Notes: generated by a model not told the origin, from the letters alone. A stretch of DNA of 62,627 bases, filler included, from Candidatus Limnocylindrales bacterium (GCA_035559535.1; 5 parts of 5 records of this genome joined end to end with filler, not necessarily neighbours in it); one strand, 5' to 3'. Positions 1 through 9,472 are shown, counted from the first letter of the whole stretch. Program-made: numbers and translations.

Positions 1-131
1 ACCACAGCTCTGAGTTCGATAAAGTCAGTCTTGGTAACCTGTAGCTCTTCTTTAAGCGCATCCACCAGCCGGGCCATTGGCACCCGAAGCTCCGGGGGAA
101 AAGATTCTAAAAGCTCTGTAAGGGTGGACAT
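1..131 (-). CDS. 5' part of a coiled-coil protein, possibly the same family as 15478-16224 (runs off the window)
   Basis: ATG at 131 opens MSTLTELLESFPPELRVPMARLVDALKEELQVTKTDFIELRAV with no stop to the window edge; loosely resembles the N-terminus of 15478-16224. Confidence 0.6.
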   Translation of the reverse strand, partial: MSTLTELLESFPPELRVPMARLVDALKEELQVTKTDFIELRAV

Positions 132-468
132 AGGTTATAAACCTTCTTTTTTCCCAAATCTTCCAGGGATGAAACTAAATGGATCTAACTCCTGAAATAA
201 AATCGTCGGATGTAATATATTATAAACCCAAATTCTGAACTTTAAAAGGGTGAGGGTTTGATTTATGGGGCTAATCTCAACCGGCGAGGGATCTTAAATC
301 TCTACTTGAGGCCGTTAAGGAGATCCTGAGAAATCACTAAAGGGGATTGAATTGTAACGTCTACCCATTGAATGAAGTGTCTATTTTGTAGAGTAATCAA
401 CCAGGTTACCTCTGCTGATTTTAGATCTTCCCTGAACCTGGCATAAAACATGCAGTTTGGAGTAACCG

Positions 469-1227
469 ATGAATCGCGAGGAATATGAACTCATGTATCG
501 ATTCGAGGAACAGAACTGGTGGTTTGTTATTAAAAGAAAAATCCTCGAAACCGTCCTTAACAGCTTTGAAGACCCTGGGGAAGGAATGGACCGATTACCC
601 AGAATTCTAGATGTGGGATGCGGAACCGGCATTATTCCATTACTTCTACAACGTTATGGCTCAGTTTGGGGGTTGGATATTTCCCAAGAGGCTCTTCAGT
701 TTTGTAAAAAGCGAAAATTAACACAATTTGTATGTCAATCAGACGGGTTGACGATTCCTTTTCAAGGGAATACCTTTGATATCATCACGGCTATTGACGT
801 GATTGAGCATGTAGAGCGCGATGAGGCAATGCTTAAAGAATGTTACCGGGTCCTGAGGGTGGGGGGTAGAGTTTATATCACCACTTCCGCCTATCCTTTT
901 CTCTGGAGTGAGCATGACGAAGCCGTCGGACATAAACGCCGATATACCTTTCAAGAATTGAAAAATAAAGTCCAGCAAGCAGGGTTTAAAGTTAAAAAAT
1001 TGACCCATTACCATGCCCTTATCTTTTTTCCTGTACTGGTTCTGTGGGGTCTTAAAAAAATGTTAGGCCTTCAAAATCTTTTCAAAACTACTCATATTGA
1101 GATTTCCCCTTTCTTTAATAAGATTTGTACCCAGGTGCTCAAAATTGAACCTCTCGTGCTGAAAAATGTCAATATCCCGTTTGGCATTTCCTTGCTTTGT
1201 GTAGGGGAAAAGGAAGCCAGAAACTAG
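469..1227 (+). CDS. class I SAM-dependent methyltransferase
   Basis: ILDVGCGTG motif I, DVIEH, WSEHDEAVGHKRRY; GGAG RBS upstream. Confidence 0.9.
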   Translation: MNREEYELMYRFEEQNWWFVIKRKILETVLNSFEDPGEGMDRLPRILDVGCGTGIIPLLLQRYGSVWGLDISQEALQFCKKRKLTQFVCQSDGLTIPFQGNTFDIITAIDVIEHVERDEAMLKECYRVLRVGGRVYITTSAYPFLWSEHDEAVGHKRRYTFQELKNKVQQAGFKVKKLTHYHALIFFPVLVLWGLKKMLGLQNLFKTTHIEISPFFNKICTQVLKIEPLVLKNVNIPFGISLLCVGEKEARN

Positions 1228-1288
1228 AGAGCTGAAGCCTATAGCTATAAAATAGGTCTCTGACTTTTAGTTTCTGACCTCAGGGGTT

Positions 1289-2665
1289 ATGCGCGTTGGC
1301 CTTATTTTCCCAAGATTTAAATATCCCTCCGGGGACCCTCCGTTAGGAGTCATGTATGTGGCGTCTTCTTTGAGGCAGGAAGTGGGATGTCCGGTGGATA
1401 TTCTCGACTCAACCTTCTTTAGGAACCAGGAAACCTTTTGCACTTACCTGTCTGAGAAAGGTCCCTATGATCTGGTCGGTATTTCATTGATGACGTTTAT
1501 GATGTATGACGCGTTTGATATAGCGGCTTATATCAAGGCTAAATTTCCTCGAACAAAGATTATAATGGGAGGACCTCACCCAACGGTTATGCCCGACCAT
1601 ACCCTGGAAAATAAGCATATCGATGCAATTTGTATCGGTGAAGGGGAGATGGTCCTGGTCGACGTGGTAAAAAATGATGGAAATTTTAAAGGGATTCCCG
1701 GCGTATGGTATCGGGATGGAGACCAGATCATTAAAAATCCAGAGCGGGAGAATATCTGGGATCTGGATAAACTACCTTTTCCGGCCTGGGATCTGGTACC
1801 CATGGAGACCTATTTTGCGCACTGGTTCCTTATGGATTCGGTTCAGATAGGACTTCGGGGAACTTCCCTCTGCGCTTCACGGGGATGTCCCTTCAAATGC
1901 ACCTATTGCCAGCCCACGCTGAATGCTATTTTTGGAAAAAAGATCCGCAAGCGATCTCCTGCTAATATTGTAGATGAAATCGAAACGCTGAAAGATCGCT
2001 ATAAAATCACAGCCTTTGCCTTCCAGGATGATACTTTCATTATCGATAAGAAGTGGGCTAAAAGCGTGGCCCGGGAAATGATTAACCGAAAAGTGGATCT
2101 GGTTTGGGAAACCAACGTGCGGGCAGATCTTATCCCGGAGGATCTGTTGACCGATCTCTATGAGGCCGGACTCCGAAAAATTAATATTGGCATAGAATCC
2201 CATTCCCAGAAGACCCTGGATGAGATTTATGATAAAAAAATAACCGTAGAACAGGTTAAAGAAAGCGTTCGAATCGCTAACAAACTGGGAATCAAAGTCC
2301 AGGGTTATTTTATGTTGGGAGCCCCCACCGAAGGAATCTACGACGCTCTACAAACCATTAATTTCGCCAGAAAATTGGATATCCACGACGCAACTTTTAG
2401 TATCACAACTCCCCTTCCAATGACCTATCTTTATGATAGAACCAAGGAGTTGATAGAGAAGGATCTTGGAGAGTTTGACTATTATAGTACGTCCGTTTAT
2501 AAAAAATCGGTTACCGCCTCTCCTTTAGCCCTAAAAATACTGAAAAAGCTAGCTTTTTTTAGCTTTTATCTAACCCCTAAGCGACTTCTTAAAACCTTGA
2601 AGTTGGTATTGGACCCTTCCCAATTGACCAAAACGTTGGTTAAATTGAGGCGGGTTTTATCTTAA
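1289..2665 (+). CDS. B12-binding radical SAM protein
   Basis: N-terminal PPLG...GGPHPT cobalamin-binding domain; SRGCPFKCTYC (CxxxCxxC). Confidence 0.92.
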   Translation: MRVGLIFPRFKYPSGDPPLGVMYVASSLRQEVGCPVDILDSTFFRNQETFCTYLSEKGPYDLVGISLMTFMMYDAFDIAAYIKAKFPRTKIIMGGPHPTVMPDHTLENKHIDAICIGEGEMVLVDVVKNDGNFKGIPGVWYRDGDQIIKNPERENIWDLDKLPFPAWDLVPMETYFAHWFLMDSVQIGLRGTSLCASRGCPFKCTYCQPTLNAIFGKKIRKRSPANIVDEIETLKDRYKITAFAFQDDTFIIDKKWAKSVAREMINRKVDLVWETNVRADLIPEDLLTDLYEAGLRKINIGIESHSQKTLDEIYDKKITVEQVKESVRIANKLGIKVQGYFMLGAPTEGIYDALQTINFARKLDIHDATFSITTPLPMTYLYDRTKELIEKDLGEFDYYSTSVYKKSVTASPLALKILKKLAFFSFYLTPKRLLKTLKLVLDPSQLTKTLVKLRRVLS

Positions 2666-2751
2666 CAACAAACCATGGGTCCTGGGTGCTGAGTCATGAG
2701 GGATAAATCTTATTCGTTATCATTCATCACTCGGTACCCTCAGTGAGTTCT

Positions 2752-3120
2752 ATGCGTCGTTTTTCTGCCTGGCTCGTTTTGATTCCTGTTATTTTACTTT
2801 TGATAGCTCCTGTTGGGGCGATGAGGATTCCCGCCATTGACTTTGATGTGAAAGTGACCCCAAGAGCCGGGGTCGTCCAGACGATCACCATTCAAAACTT
2901 TGCCTTCAATCCGCAAACTCTGGTCGTCAATCTCAATGATACCGTCAGGGCCATAAACAATGATGGAGTTCCCCATACCGTAACCAGTGACCAAGGACTT
3001 TTTGATTCAGGCACCATACGCCCTGGTAAATCTAAACAAGCGATAGCCAAGCGCAGAGGAACTTACCCTTATCATTGTTCCATTCACCCCTTTATGAAAG
3101 GGACAGTCATCGTACAGTAA
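2752..3120 (+). CDS. exported cupredoxin (plastocyanin/amicyanin-like blue copper protein)
   Basis: Signal peptide; PHTV ... YHCSIHPFM gives the His/Cys/His/Met type-1 Cu ligands; start 2752 or 2743. Confidence 0.85.
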   Translation: MRRFSAWLVLIPVILLLIAPVGAMRIPAIDFDVKVTPRAGVVQTITIQNFAFNPQTLVVNLNDTVRAINNDGVPHTVTSDQGLFDSGTIRPGKSKQAIAKRRGTYPYHCSIHPFMKGTVIVQ

Positions 3121-3127
3121 AATAGAT

Positions 3128-3814
3128 TCAGTCGATAGGTTCTGCAGCAACTGCGCGTACCGGGCTGCCATCTCCCCCTTCTAAAAGAAGGGGAAAAACA
3201 TATAAAAAAACACGATCTTTTTTCAAAAGATGAAGGTTGGTTAAATACTCGATTACACAAATCCCCTCCTTAAAGAAAACATCGTGTGTGGTGCACTCTT
3301 CTCGACTGATGGGGCGGTCAGGTTCTGTGATCATGTATCGAATGGAGTAATCGGGAGGATAATCGTACCCTACGGTTTTAACCCTTTTCTGTACCAGCCA
3401 CCGACAGGCTTCTCGAGTGGTATAAGGAGCCTCTGTCCAAAATTCCCGGGTTTCTATAGAACGCTTGAGAGGCCAGTCTGTTCGTAACAGCACGATGTCT
3501 CCCTGGCGTATATGCTGTCCCCGACTCTCCAAATCTTCCACCCGAATGGGATCATTAGCCTGACAATGGGTTAAATCTACGATTACAGCCTCTCCAAACC
3601 ACTGATCTAAGGGAAGTTGAGAAAACGACTTACCACCTGGAATAAAATGACTGGGAGCATCCACATGGGTAAAACTATGACCACTCAAGGTTATCCTGTG
3701 GATTAGAAAAGGAAAACCTTCTTCATAGTTCCGAATTCTTTTAAATTCTACGGGCCAACGCCAGTGATTGGGTTTAATAGGATGGGTTAAATCGACAAGT
3801 TTGGGTTTTGACAT
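3128..3814 (-). CDS. cyclase-family (kynurenine formamidase-like) metal hydrolase
   Basis: DLTHPI, HSFTHVDAPSH, IEYLTNL, GGDGSPVRAVA motifs. Confidence 0.88.
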   Translation of the reverse strand: MSKPKLVDLTHPIKPNHWRWPVEFKRIRNYEEGFPFLIHRITLSGHSFTHVDAPSHFIPGGKSFSQLPLDQWFGEAVIVDLTHCQANDPIRVEDLESRGQHIRQGDIVLLRTDWPLKRSIETREFWTEAPYTTREACRWLVQKRVKTVGYDYPPDYSIRYMITEPDRPISREECTTHDVFFKEGICVIEYLTNLHLLKKDRVFLYVFPLLLEGGDGSPVRAVAAEPID

Positions 3815-3951
3815 AGTTAAAATTACCGGTTGGGGTTAAATAAAAGAGCAAAAATATATATCCCAGGCTCTCCAAGAGTATACACTTAATTTAAAACAAT
3901 CTTTGTTTTTAAGACCACTTTCTTAACCGGAGAGACAGAAATTGGCCTCCT

Positions 3952-5115
3952 TTAAGGGATTAAGGTCTCTACAACTTTATAAACCGGAACAGCTTCCGAG
4001 ATATTTTTAAGGGATTGGGGTCCCATCTCTTCAAGTTTAAACAGCGTCTTAACGCGCTCGGCCGTCTCTCTACTGATTAAGATAGTCCCGCCCCTTGCAC
4101 AGGCTCCAAGTCTGGCTGCTAAGATCGTAGTAGGACCCACGGCGGTATAGGCCCAGCGGGTTCCGGCAATTCCCTGAAATTTGGTTGAGCCTACAAAAGC
4201 AACTCCAGAGTTGATCCCGATATTGATTAAAATAGGTTCATAGTCGTTTTTTAATTCCTCATTTATTTTATGAACTTTGCTTGTAATGGCCAGAGCGGTC
4301 CTCACAGCAGCTATGGTATGTTTAATAGTATTATCATCTTGAAAGAGGATCATTAGGCCATCTCCGGCAGTTTCGACGATATCTCCCCCATTTTCATAAA
4401 TATCATCTACAAAACTGGAGAAGTATCTTTCAACCAGATGATTCACCTGAATTTGATCCAGTCTCTGACTCATTTTAGTATAGCCTTCAATATCCAGAAA
4501 GAGGATAGATACATCTTTCTCCTGCTTTTCCAGAGCGATCTTCTTCAAGGCTGCGCTATCTGAATAGGATCGAAGGATCTGTTTCACAGATTCCGGGACA
4601 AACTTGCCCATCAGCCCTTCGATACTTTCCAATAATTCTATTTTCTTAAGAGCTGCCTTGAGCTCGGCAACCTTCTTTTCCAGCTCCTGGTTTTTGATTT
4701 CAAGTTCTTTAAGTAATCTCTTGTTTTGTTGGCTTATTTCATAAGTCTCCAAACCCCGCTTAATGGTGACCCGCAGTTCCCGCTCATCCCAGGGTTTGGT
4801 AATATATCGATAGACCTGACCGGTATTGATGGCCTCAATTAAGGCCTCGATATCTGTAAATCCCGTAAGGATCATTCGAATTATATCCGGGAACTCTGGG
4901 ATAGTTTTCTCGAGAAGCTGAATTCCGGTCATATGAGGCATCCTCTGGTCGGTGATAATCAGAGGAATGTCTTTCTCTCTTCGTAGGATGTTTAATCCTT
5001 CCTCTCCAGAGGTAGCTGTAAATACTTGATATTCCTTCCGGAAGGTCTCTTGGAAGACGATCAAATTCTGGAGTTCATCATCTACGTAGAGGATTTTATA
5101 TTTTCTTTTTCCCAT
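3952..5115 (-). CDS. response-regulator receiver + class III nucleotide cyclase
   Basis: VDDE, TDQRMP and TKPW receiver motifs; coiled-coil linker; LFLDIEGYT, ETAGDGL and IGINSG cyclase motifs. Confidence 0.9.
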   Translation of the reverse strand: MGKRKYKILYVDDELQNLIVFQETFRKEYQVFTATSGEEGLNILRREKDIPLIITDQRMPHMTGIQLLEKTIPEFPDIIRMILTGFTDIEALIEAINTGQVYRYITKPWDERELRVTIKRGLETYEISQQNKRLLKELEIKNQELEKKVAELKAALKKIELLESIEGLMGKFVPESVKQILRSYSDSAALKKIALEKQEKDVSILFLDIEGYTKMSQRLDQIQVNHLVERYFSSFVDDIYENGGDIVETAGDGLMILFQDDNTIKHTIAAVRTALAITSKVHKINEELKNDYEPILINIGINSGVAFVGSTKFQGIAGTRWAYTAVGPTTILAARLGACARGGTILISRETAERVKTLFKLEEMGPQSLKNISEAVPVYKVVETLIP

Positions 5116-5553
5116 AACCTGAATGCCCTCTGACGGCTGAACCTCAAAAAATTATAAGAACGGTCCGATAAGGGGTAGGTTTGAAATCCTTTTCTACGCT
5201 TACGCTCCCAAGAAAACGACCTTAAAAATCTTAGCGTGATGGGCCGACCGTTTACCTATAAAACGGCTTCGTAAAGTCCAGGTATCAAAGGGTTTTCTCT
5301 AGCTTCCAGGAAAGAACCTATTACACCTTCTCTGTTTTATCTTCTCTCCCTAACTCTCAAATTACAAATTAACTATCAGAGAATATAAAATAGGAAAAAT
5401 AATTCTGTAAACCCCTTCCCCTTCAGCCGGGATAGGAGAAGGATCCGGTTTGGAGAAAGGAGGATTTTGCTGCTCTGAGGAAAGGTTTTCAGAAAGGAAG
5501 TATCGCTAAATAAAGAAGTTATAAATTTTCTAAAAATTCTTTAAAAATTTTTC

Positions 5554-5604
5554 TTGACAGAGATTTTTTTATTGACCAATCTTGAAATTGATAATGCTTA
5601 TCAA
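5554..5604 (+). promoter_or_regulatory. sigma70-type promoter with Fur box
   Basis: TTGACA at 5554-5559; TGATAATGCTTATCA at 5589-5603 has 1 mismatch to the 7-1-7 Fur consensus TGATAATnATTATCA. Confidence 0.75.
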
Positions 5605-5686
5605 AATCATTTTCTTTCCTATTTCCTGAAACCTGAAAAACCAGTAACCGGTCATAAACCTTTATGGCAAATTTTTGAAAGGTCTG

Positions 5687-5715
5687 GTAGGGGCGGGTTG
5701 GAAACCCCTCTCTAC
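5687..5715. repeat. GTAG-type REP-like palindrome
   Basis: GTAGGGGCGGGTTGGAAACCCCTCTCTAC; relatives at 12632, 39293, 55266, 57657 and 59350. Confidence 0.6.
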
Positions 5716-5750
5716 ATGCGGAAACGACTCCTGGAATCTCAGAATCAGGT

Positions 5751-6668
5751 ATGATCGGTTCCTTAAAGGAGAAGAAGTTTATGGAGAAAGTACGTAGGAG
5801 TCTTGTAAAACGACTCTTAATGAGTTCAATTTTACTGGCTATGGCGGGCGCTTTCTGGGTTCTGCCTTCAGGATGGAAACCCGATTTCCATCTGGGATCG
5901 ACCAGCCAGGCCCTTCCGGTGAGGGAGTATACCCTGATCAGCCGGGAGGTGGAATGGGAAGTCGCACCGGGATACACCTATAAAGCGTTGACTTTCAATG
6001 GGAGTATTCCGGGTCCTACCATTGAAGCAATCGAAGGGGAGATCATTCGGGTTAAATTCAAAAATGAGCTCTCAGAACCTCACAGCATTCATGCCCACGG
6101 AGTTCAATACGAGTTCCAGCATGATGGAACTTATCCCCATACTCCCAGTGGAGCCGTTCCTCCTGGAGGGGAGTTTGTGTATGAATGGAAAGCCGTGCCT
6201 GGAACCTGGTTTTACCACGACCATTCTGAAAAAGGGATAGAGGCGACCCGAAAAGGGATGTATGGCGCCATTATCGTCCATCCCAAAAACGAACAGGTTA
6301 AACCCGATCGGGACTTTATCCTTTTTTATGCCGATCTGGAACCTGAGATCACCGGTTTTACCGATCACCCCTTTTCAGCCTTCAACGGAAAGGCAGGAAT
6401 GGGAAATACCCCGGTGCTGAAAAGCCGGGTCGGAGACTTGGTTCGGTTCCGATTGATTAATCTCATGGATGAACCCCATACCTTTCATATTCACGGTCAC
6501 CGCTGGGAGTATAATGGAAAATTGGTGGATACCGTTTCCGTCCTCCCCGGAGAAACGGCTACCTTTGAGTTTAAGGAAGATGTCCCCGGTCAGTGGGCCT
6601 ATCACTGCCATTTTCTAACCCACATGGAAGAAGGTATGATGGGTATGTACGAAGTTTCCCCGAAATAG
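5751..6668 (+). CDS. two-domain multicopper oxidase (small-laccase-like, type B)
   Basis: HSIHAHG, WFYHDH, HTFHIHGH, HCHFLTHMEEGM; likely start at 5781 (MEKVRRSLVK, possible twin-Arg signal). Confidence 0.9.
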   Translation: MIGSLKEKKFMEKVRRSLVKRLLMSSILLAMAGAFWVLPSGWKPDFHLGSTSQALPVREYTLISREVEWEVAPGYTYKALTFNGSIPGPTIEAIEGEIIRVKFKNELSEPHSIHAHGVQYEFQHDGTYPHTPSGAVPPGGEFVYEWKAVPGTWFYHDHSEKGIEATRKGMYGAIIVHPKNEQVKPDRDFILFYADLEPEITGFTDHPFSAFNGKAGMGNTPVLKSRVGDLVRFRLINLMDEPHTFHIHGHRWEYNGKLVDTVSVLPGETATFEFKEDVPGQWAYHCHFLTHMEEGMMGMYEVSPK

Positions 6669-6691
6669 TCTCAAAAAATTTTCAACCGTTA

Positions 6692-6714
6692 TTGAAAATG
6701 AATTTTAAAATCAA
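6692..6714 (+). promoter_or_regulatory. degenerate Fur-like box upstream of the porin gene
   Basis: TTGAAAATGAATTTTAAAATCAA, overlapping imperfect 7-1-7 palindromes. Confidence 0.45.
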
Positions 6715-6754
6715 TTCACTAACCTGCTAAGGATTCAGAAAAGGAGTCAGGAGA

Positions 6755-8164
6755 ATGAAACAAGGGACAAAACAGTGGATCGGAATTATCTGTGCACTTT
6801 GGGTTTATTTTTTGGGAATCTCTTCAGTATTTGGACAGGAAGATCTCCAGATCAGACTACAAGAACTTGAAAAGAGGTTAAAACAATTAGAGGAAAAGGA
6901 AGCCCGTCAAGCTCCGGAGAAGAACGGAGAGATGGCTAAAGAGATTCAAGAATTACGTCGTCAGGTGGATATCCTGGCAACCGAGCTTGAGAAGCTCCGC
7001 AGTGGAGAGGTAGAACTGGAACTCACCGAGGAAAAAACCAAATCCCTGGGTCTGGGTCCATCGGCAGCCTCCATTTATCGAAAAAAACAGGGGGTTTCTC
7101 TGGCCGGTTATGGCGAGCTGCTCTTCCAGGATTTTGCAGATGAGGATGAAAGTGGAAACGAGGTTAATAGAGAGCCACGATTAGACTTCTTGAGAGCTAT
7201 TCTATATACCGGCTATCGTTTCAGTGACCGATTTGTATTCAATTCGGAGATTGAAGTTGAGCATGCCACGACCGGAGAGGGGGACGAAGAGAAAGGGGAG
7301 GTCTCATTGGAATTTGCCTATGTGGAATATGCAGCCAGTGATTACCTTAGCTTACGAGGGGGGTTAGTCCTTCTTCCGGTAGGCTTAATTAATGAGTTTC
7401 ATGAACCAAACGTGTTCTTAGGGGCTCGTAGACCTGAGACGGAAACCCGGATTATCCCCACAACCTGGCGAGAGAACGGAGTTGGAATCGTAGGCTCGGC
7501 AGGGATGTTCAGTTATCGGGCTTACCTCATCAATGGATTGAATGCCAGTGGTTTTAGCTCCAGTGGGCTGAGGGAAGGACGTCAAGGGGGCTCAGAGGCT
7601 TTGGCCAAAGATCTGGCCTTCGTGGGACGCCTGGATATTACCCCGACACCGGGTTTATTCTTCGGAGGCTCTCTTTATCGAGGTAGATCGGGTCAGGATC
7701 AATTCACAGTAAACGGAAAGGATCTGGATGTGACTACAACCCTCGGAGAGGTTCATGTTCAACTCCAGATGCGAGGCCTGGATTTCCGAGGTCTATATGC
7801 CCGGGCCCTTATAGATGAGGTGGCGGAGCTCAACGAAGCCTTGGGACTGACAGGAAATGAATCCATCGGTGAAACCCTTCAGGGTGGCTACCTACAAGTC
7901 GGTTATAACCTGCTACAACTAACCCGTTATAAAGACGGAACCAGAGGCTTTACTCCGTATTTTCGATTTGAGAAGCTCAATACCCAGGATGAAGTACCTG
8001 CCGGATTTGAAAGGGATCCCAGTAAAGATCAGACCTTTTATACCTTGGGAGTCGAGTTTCGACCTATTTACAATATTGTAATTAAAACGGATTATCAATG
8101 GATCCGGAATGAAGCGGAAAGTGGAATCGACCAGTTTAATATCGCCTTGGGATATAGTTTTTAA
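6755..8164 (+). CDS. outer-membrane beta-barrel porin with N-terminal coiled coil
   Basis: Signal peptide, coiled coil, amphipathic beta strands (FNSEIEVEH, LEFAYVEY), C-terminal LGYSF; AGGAG RBS. Confidence 0.8.
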   Translation: MKQGTKQWIGIICALWVYFLGISSVFGQEDLQIRLQELEKRLKQLEEKEARQAPEKNGEMAKEIQELRRQVDILATELEKLRSGEVELELTEEKTKSLGLGPSAASIYRKKQGVSLAGYGELLFQDFADEDESGNEVNREPRLDFLRAILYTGYRFSDRFVFNSEIEVEHATTGEGDEEKGEVSLEFAYVEYAASDYLSLRGGLVLLPVGLINEFHEPNVFLGARRPETETRIIPTTWRENGVGIVGSAGMFSYRAYLINGLNASGFSSSGLREGRQGGSEALAKDLAFVGRLDITPTPGLFFGGSLYRGRSGQDQFTVNGKDLDVTTTLGEVHVQLQMRGLDFRGLYARALIDEVAELNEALGLTGNESIGETLQGGYLQVGYNLLQLTRYKDGTRGFTPYFRFEKLNTQDEVPAGFERDPSKDQTFYTLGVEFRPIYNIVIKTDYQWIRNEAESGIDQFNIALGYSF

Positions 8165-8224
8165 TATCCTTTACTATTAACTCGAAAAAAGAGCCATCTA
8201 CGCGGAAACCACAAGGAGGGAACC

Positions 8225-9307
8225 ATGAAAAAATACGGGATACTTTTAGGGGTTATGATCCTGTTGGAAGTCCTGTTCTTAGCCGTTTCAGCCCCAGCCG
8301 TAGAGCGTCACTATTGGATTGCAGCCGATGAAGTGATGTGGGACTACGCCCCATCCTTCCCCGTAAACCTGATGACAGGAGAGGAATTTGATCAAGAGCA
8401 GCGAACCTTTGTGGAAAAAGGTATTGGTCGGATCTACCTTAAGGCAGTGTATCGGGAGTATCTACCCGGTTTTGCAGCCTTAAAACCCCGTAGTCCTGAA
8501 GAAGCCCACTTAGGCATCCTTGGGCCGATCATCCGGGCCGAGGTGGGAGATACCGTTAAAGTCCACTTTCGTAACAATACCCGTTTCCCCCTCAGTATTC
8601 ACCCCCACGGGGTGTTCTACGATAAAAATTCTGAGGGTTCTCCCTATGCCGATGGAACCATCCTCAAAGCCGATGACGCAGTTCCTCCATTTGGGGGAAC
8701 CCACACCTATATATGGAGAATTCTACCACGTGCAGGTCCTGGTCCTATGGACCCAAGTTCCATCGTTTGGGTTTATCACGGCCACACCCATGAAACTGCA
8801 GATAGTAATAGTGGACTAATCGGCCCTATCATCATCACCCGGAAAGGAAGTGCTAAAATCGATGGAAGTCCCATCGATGTAGACCGGGAATTCGTTTCCC
8901 TATTTACTATCTTTGATGAGAACGAGAGCCTCTACCTGGAAGAAAATATTGCCAGGTGTACTAAAGGTCCCTGTAACCGGGATGACGAAGACTTTAAAGA
9001 AAGTAATCTTAAGCACAGTATTAACGGCCTTCTATGGGGCAACAATACCGGCTACGTAATGCGAATGGGAGAGCATGTACGCTGGTACCTCATTGCCATG
9101 GGAACCGAAGTAGATATACATACACCCCACTGGCATGGAGTAACCGTTCTCCATCAGGGGAGTCGTCTGGACGTTATAGAATTGTTCCCAGCTACCACTA
9201 AAACGGTAGACTTAATCCCAGATGATCCGGGAAACTGGATGTTTCATTGCCATGTTAATGATCATATCAAGGCGGGGATGATGACCCTTTTTACTATCTT
9301 ACCATAA
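8225..9307 (+). CDS. two-domain multicopper oxidase, ceruloplasmin/hephaestin-like
   Basis: Signal peptide; RHYWIAADEVMWDYAP, HLGILGPIIRAEVGD, SIHPHG, YHGH, HTPHWHG, HCHVNDHIKAGM; GGAGG RBS. Confidence 0.9.
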   Translation: MKKYGILLGVMILLEVLFLAVSAPAVERHYWIAADEVMWDYAPSFPVNLMTGEEFDQEQRTFVEKGIGRIYLKAVYREYLPGFAALKPRSPEEAHLGILGPIIRAEVGDTVKVHFRNNTRFPLSIHPHGVFYDKNSEGSPYADGTILKADDAVPPFGGTHTYIWRILPRAGPGPMDPSSIVWVYHGHTHETADSNSGLIGPIIITRKGSAKIDGSPIDVDREFVSLFTIFDENESLYLEENIARCTKGPCNRDDEDFKESNLKHSINGLLWGNNTGYVMRMGEHVRWYLIAMGTEVDIHTPHWHGVTVLHQGSRLDVIELFPATTKTVDLIPDDPGNWMFHCHVNDHIKAGMMTLFTILP

Positions 9308-9352
9308 ACCGGGATCTCCCCGCCTGGTTGACGAAAAACACGTAAAATTTCC

Positions 9353-9414
9353 TTGACAAGATCTTAACCCTTTAAGTATCTTACCTCATAAAGATGAGAT
9401 TAATTATCAATATC
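9353..9414 (+). promoter_or_regulatory. promoter with Fur box upstream of bfd-bfr
   Basis: TTGACA (9353)-N18-TATCTT (9377); TGAGATTAATTATCA at 9395-9409 has 2 mismatches to the Fur consensus. Confidence 0.7.
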
Positions 9415-9472
9415 ACTTCATCCTATCCCAAATTCTTCGACCCATAACTTTATCTGGAGGAGAAAGAAAAGT

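Noticed and set aside
230-330. Possible c-di-AMP (ydaO) riboswitch (TGGGGCTAATC)
   Set aside because: Lacks the GGAACC and CAGCTAAC conserved blocks
5751-9307. Copper nitrite reductase (NirK)
   Set aside because: The T1 Cys is in domain 2 and full trinuclear His sets are present; NirK has T1 in domain 1 and only a T2 site
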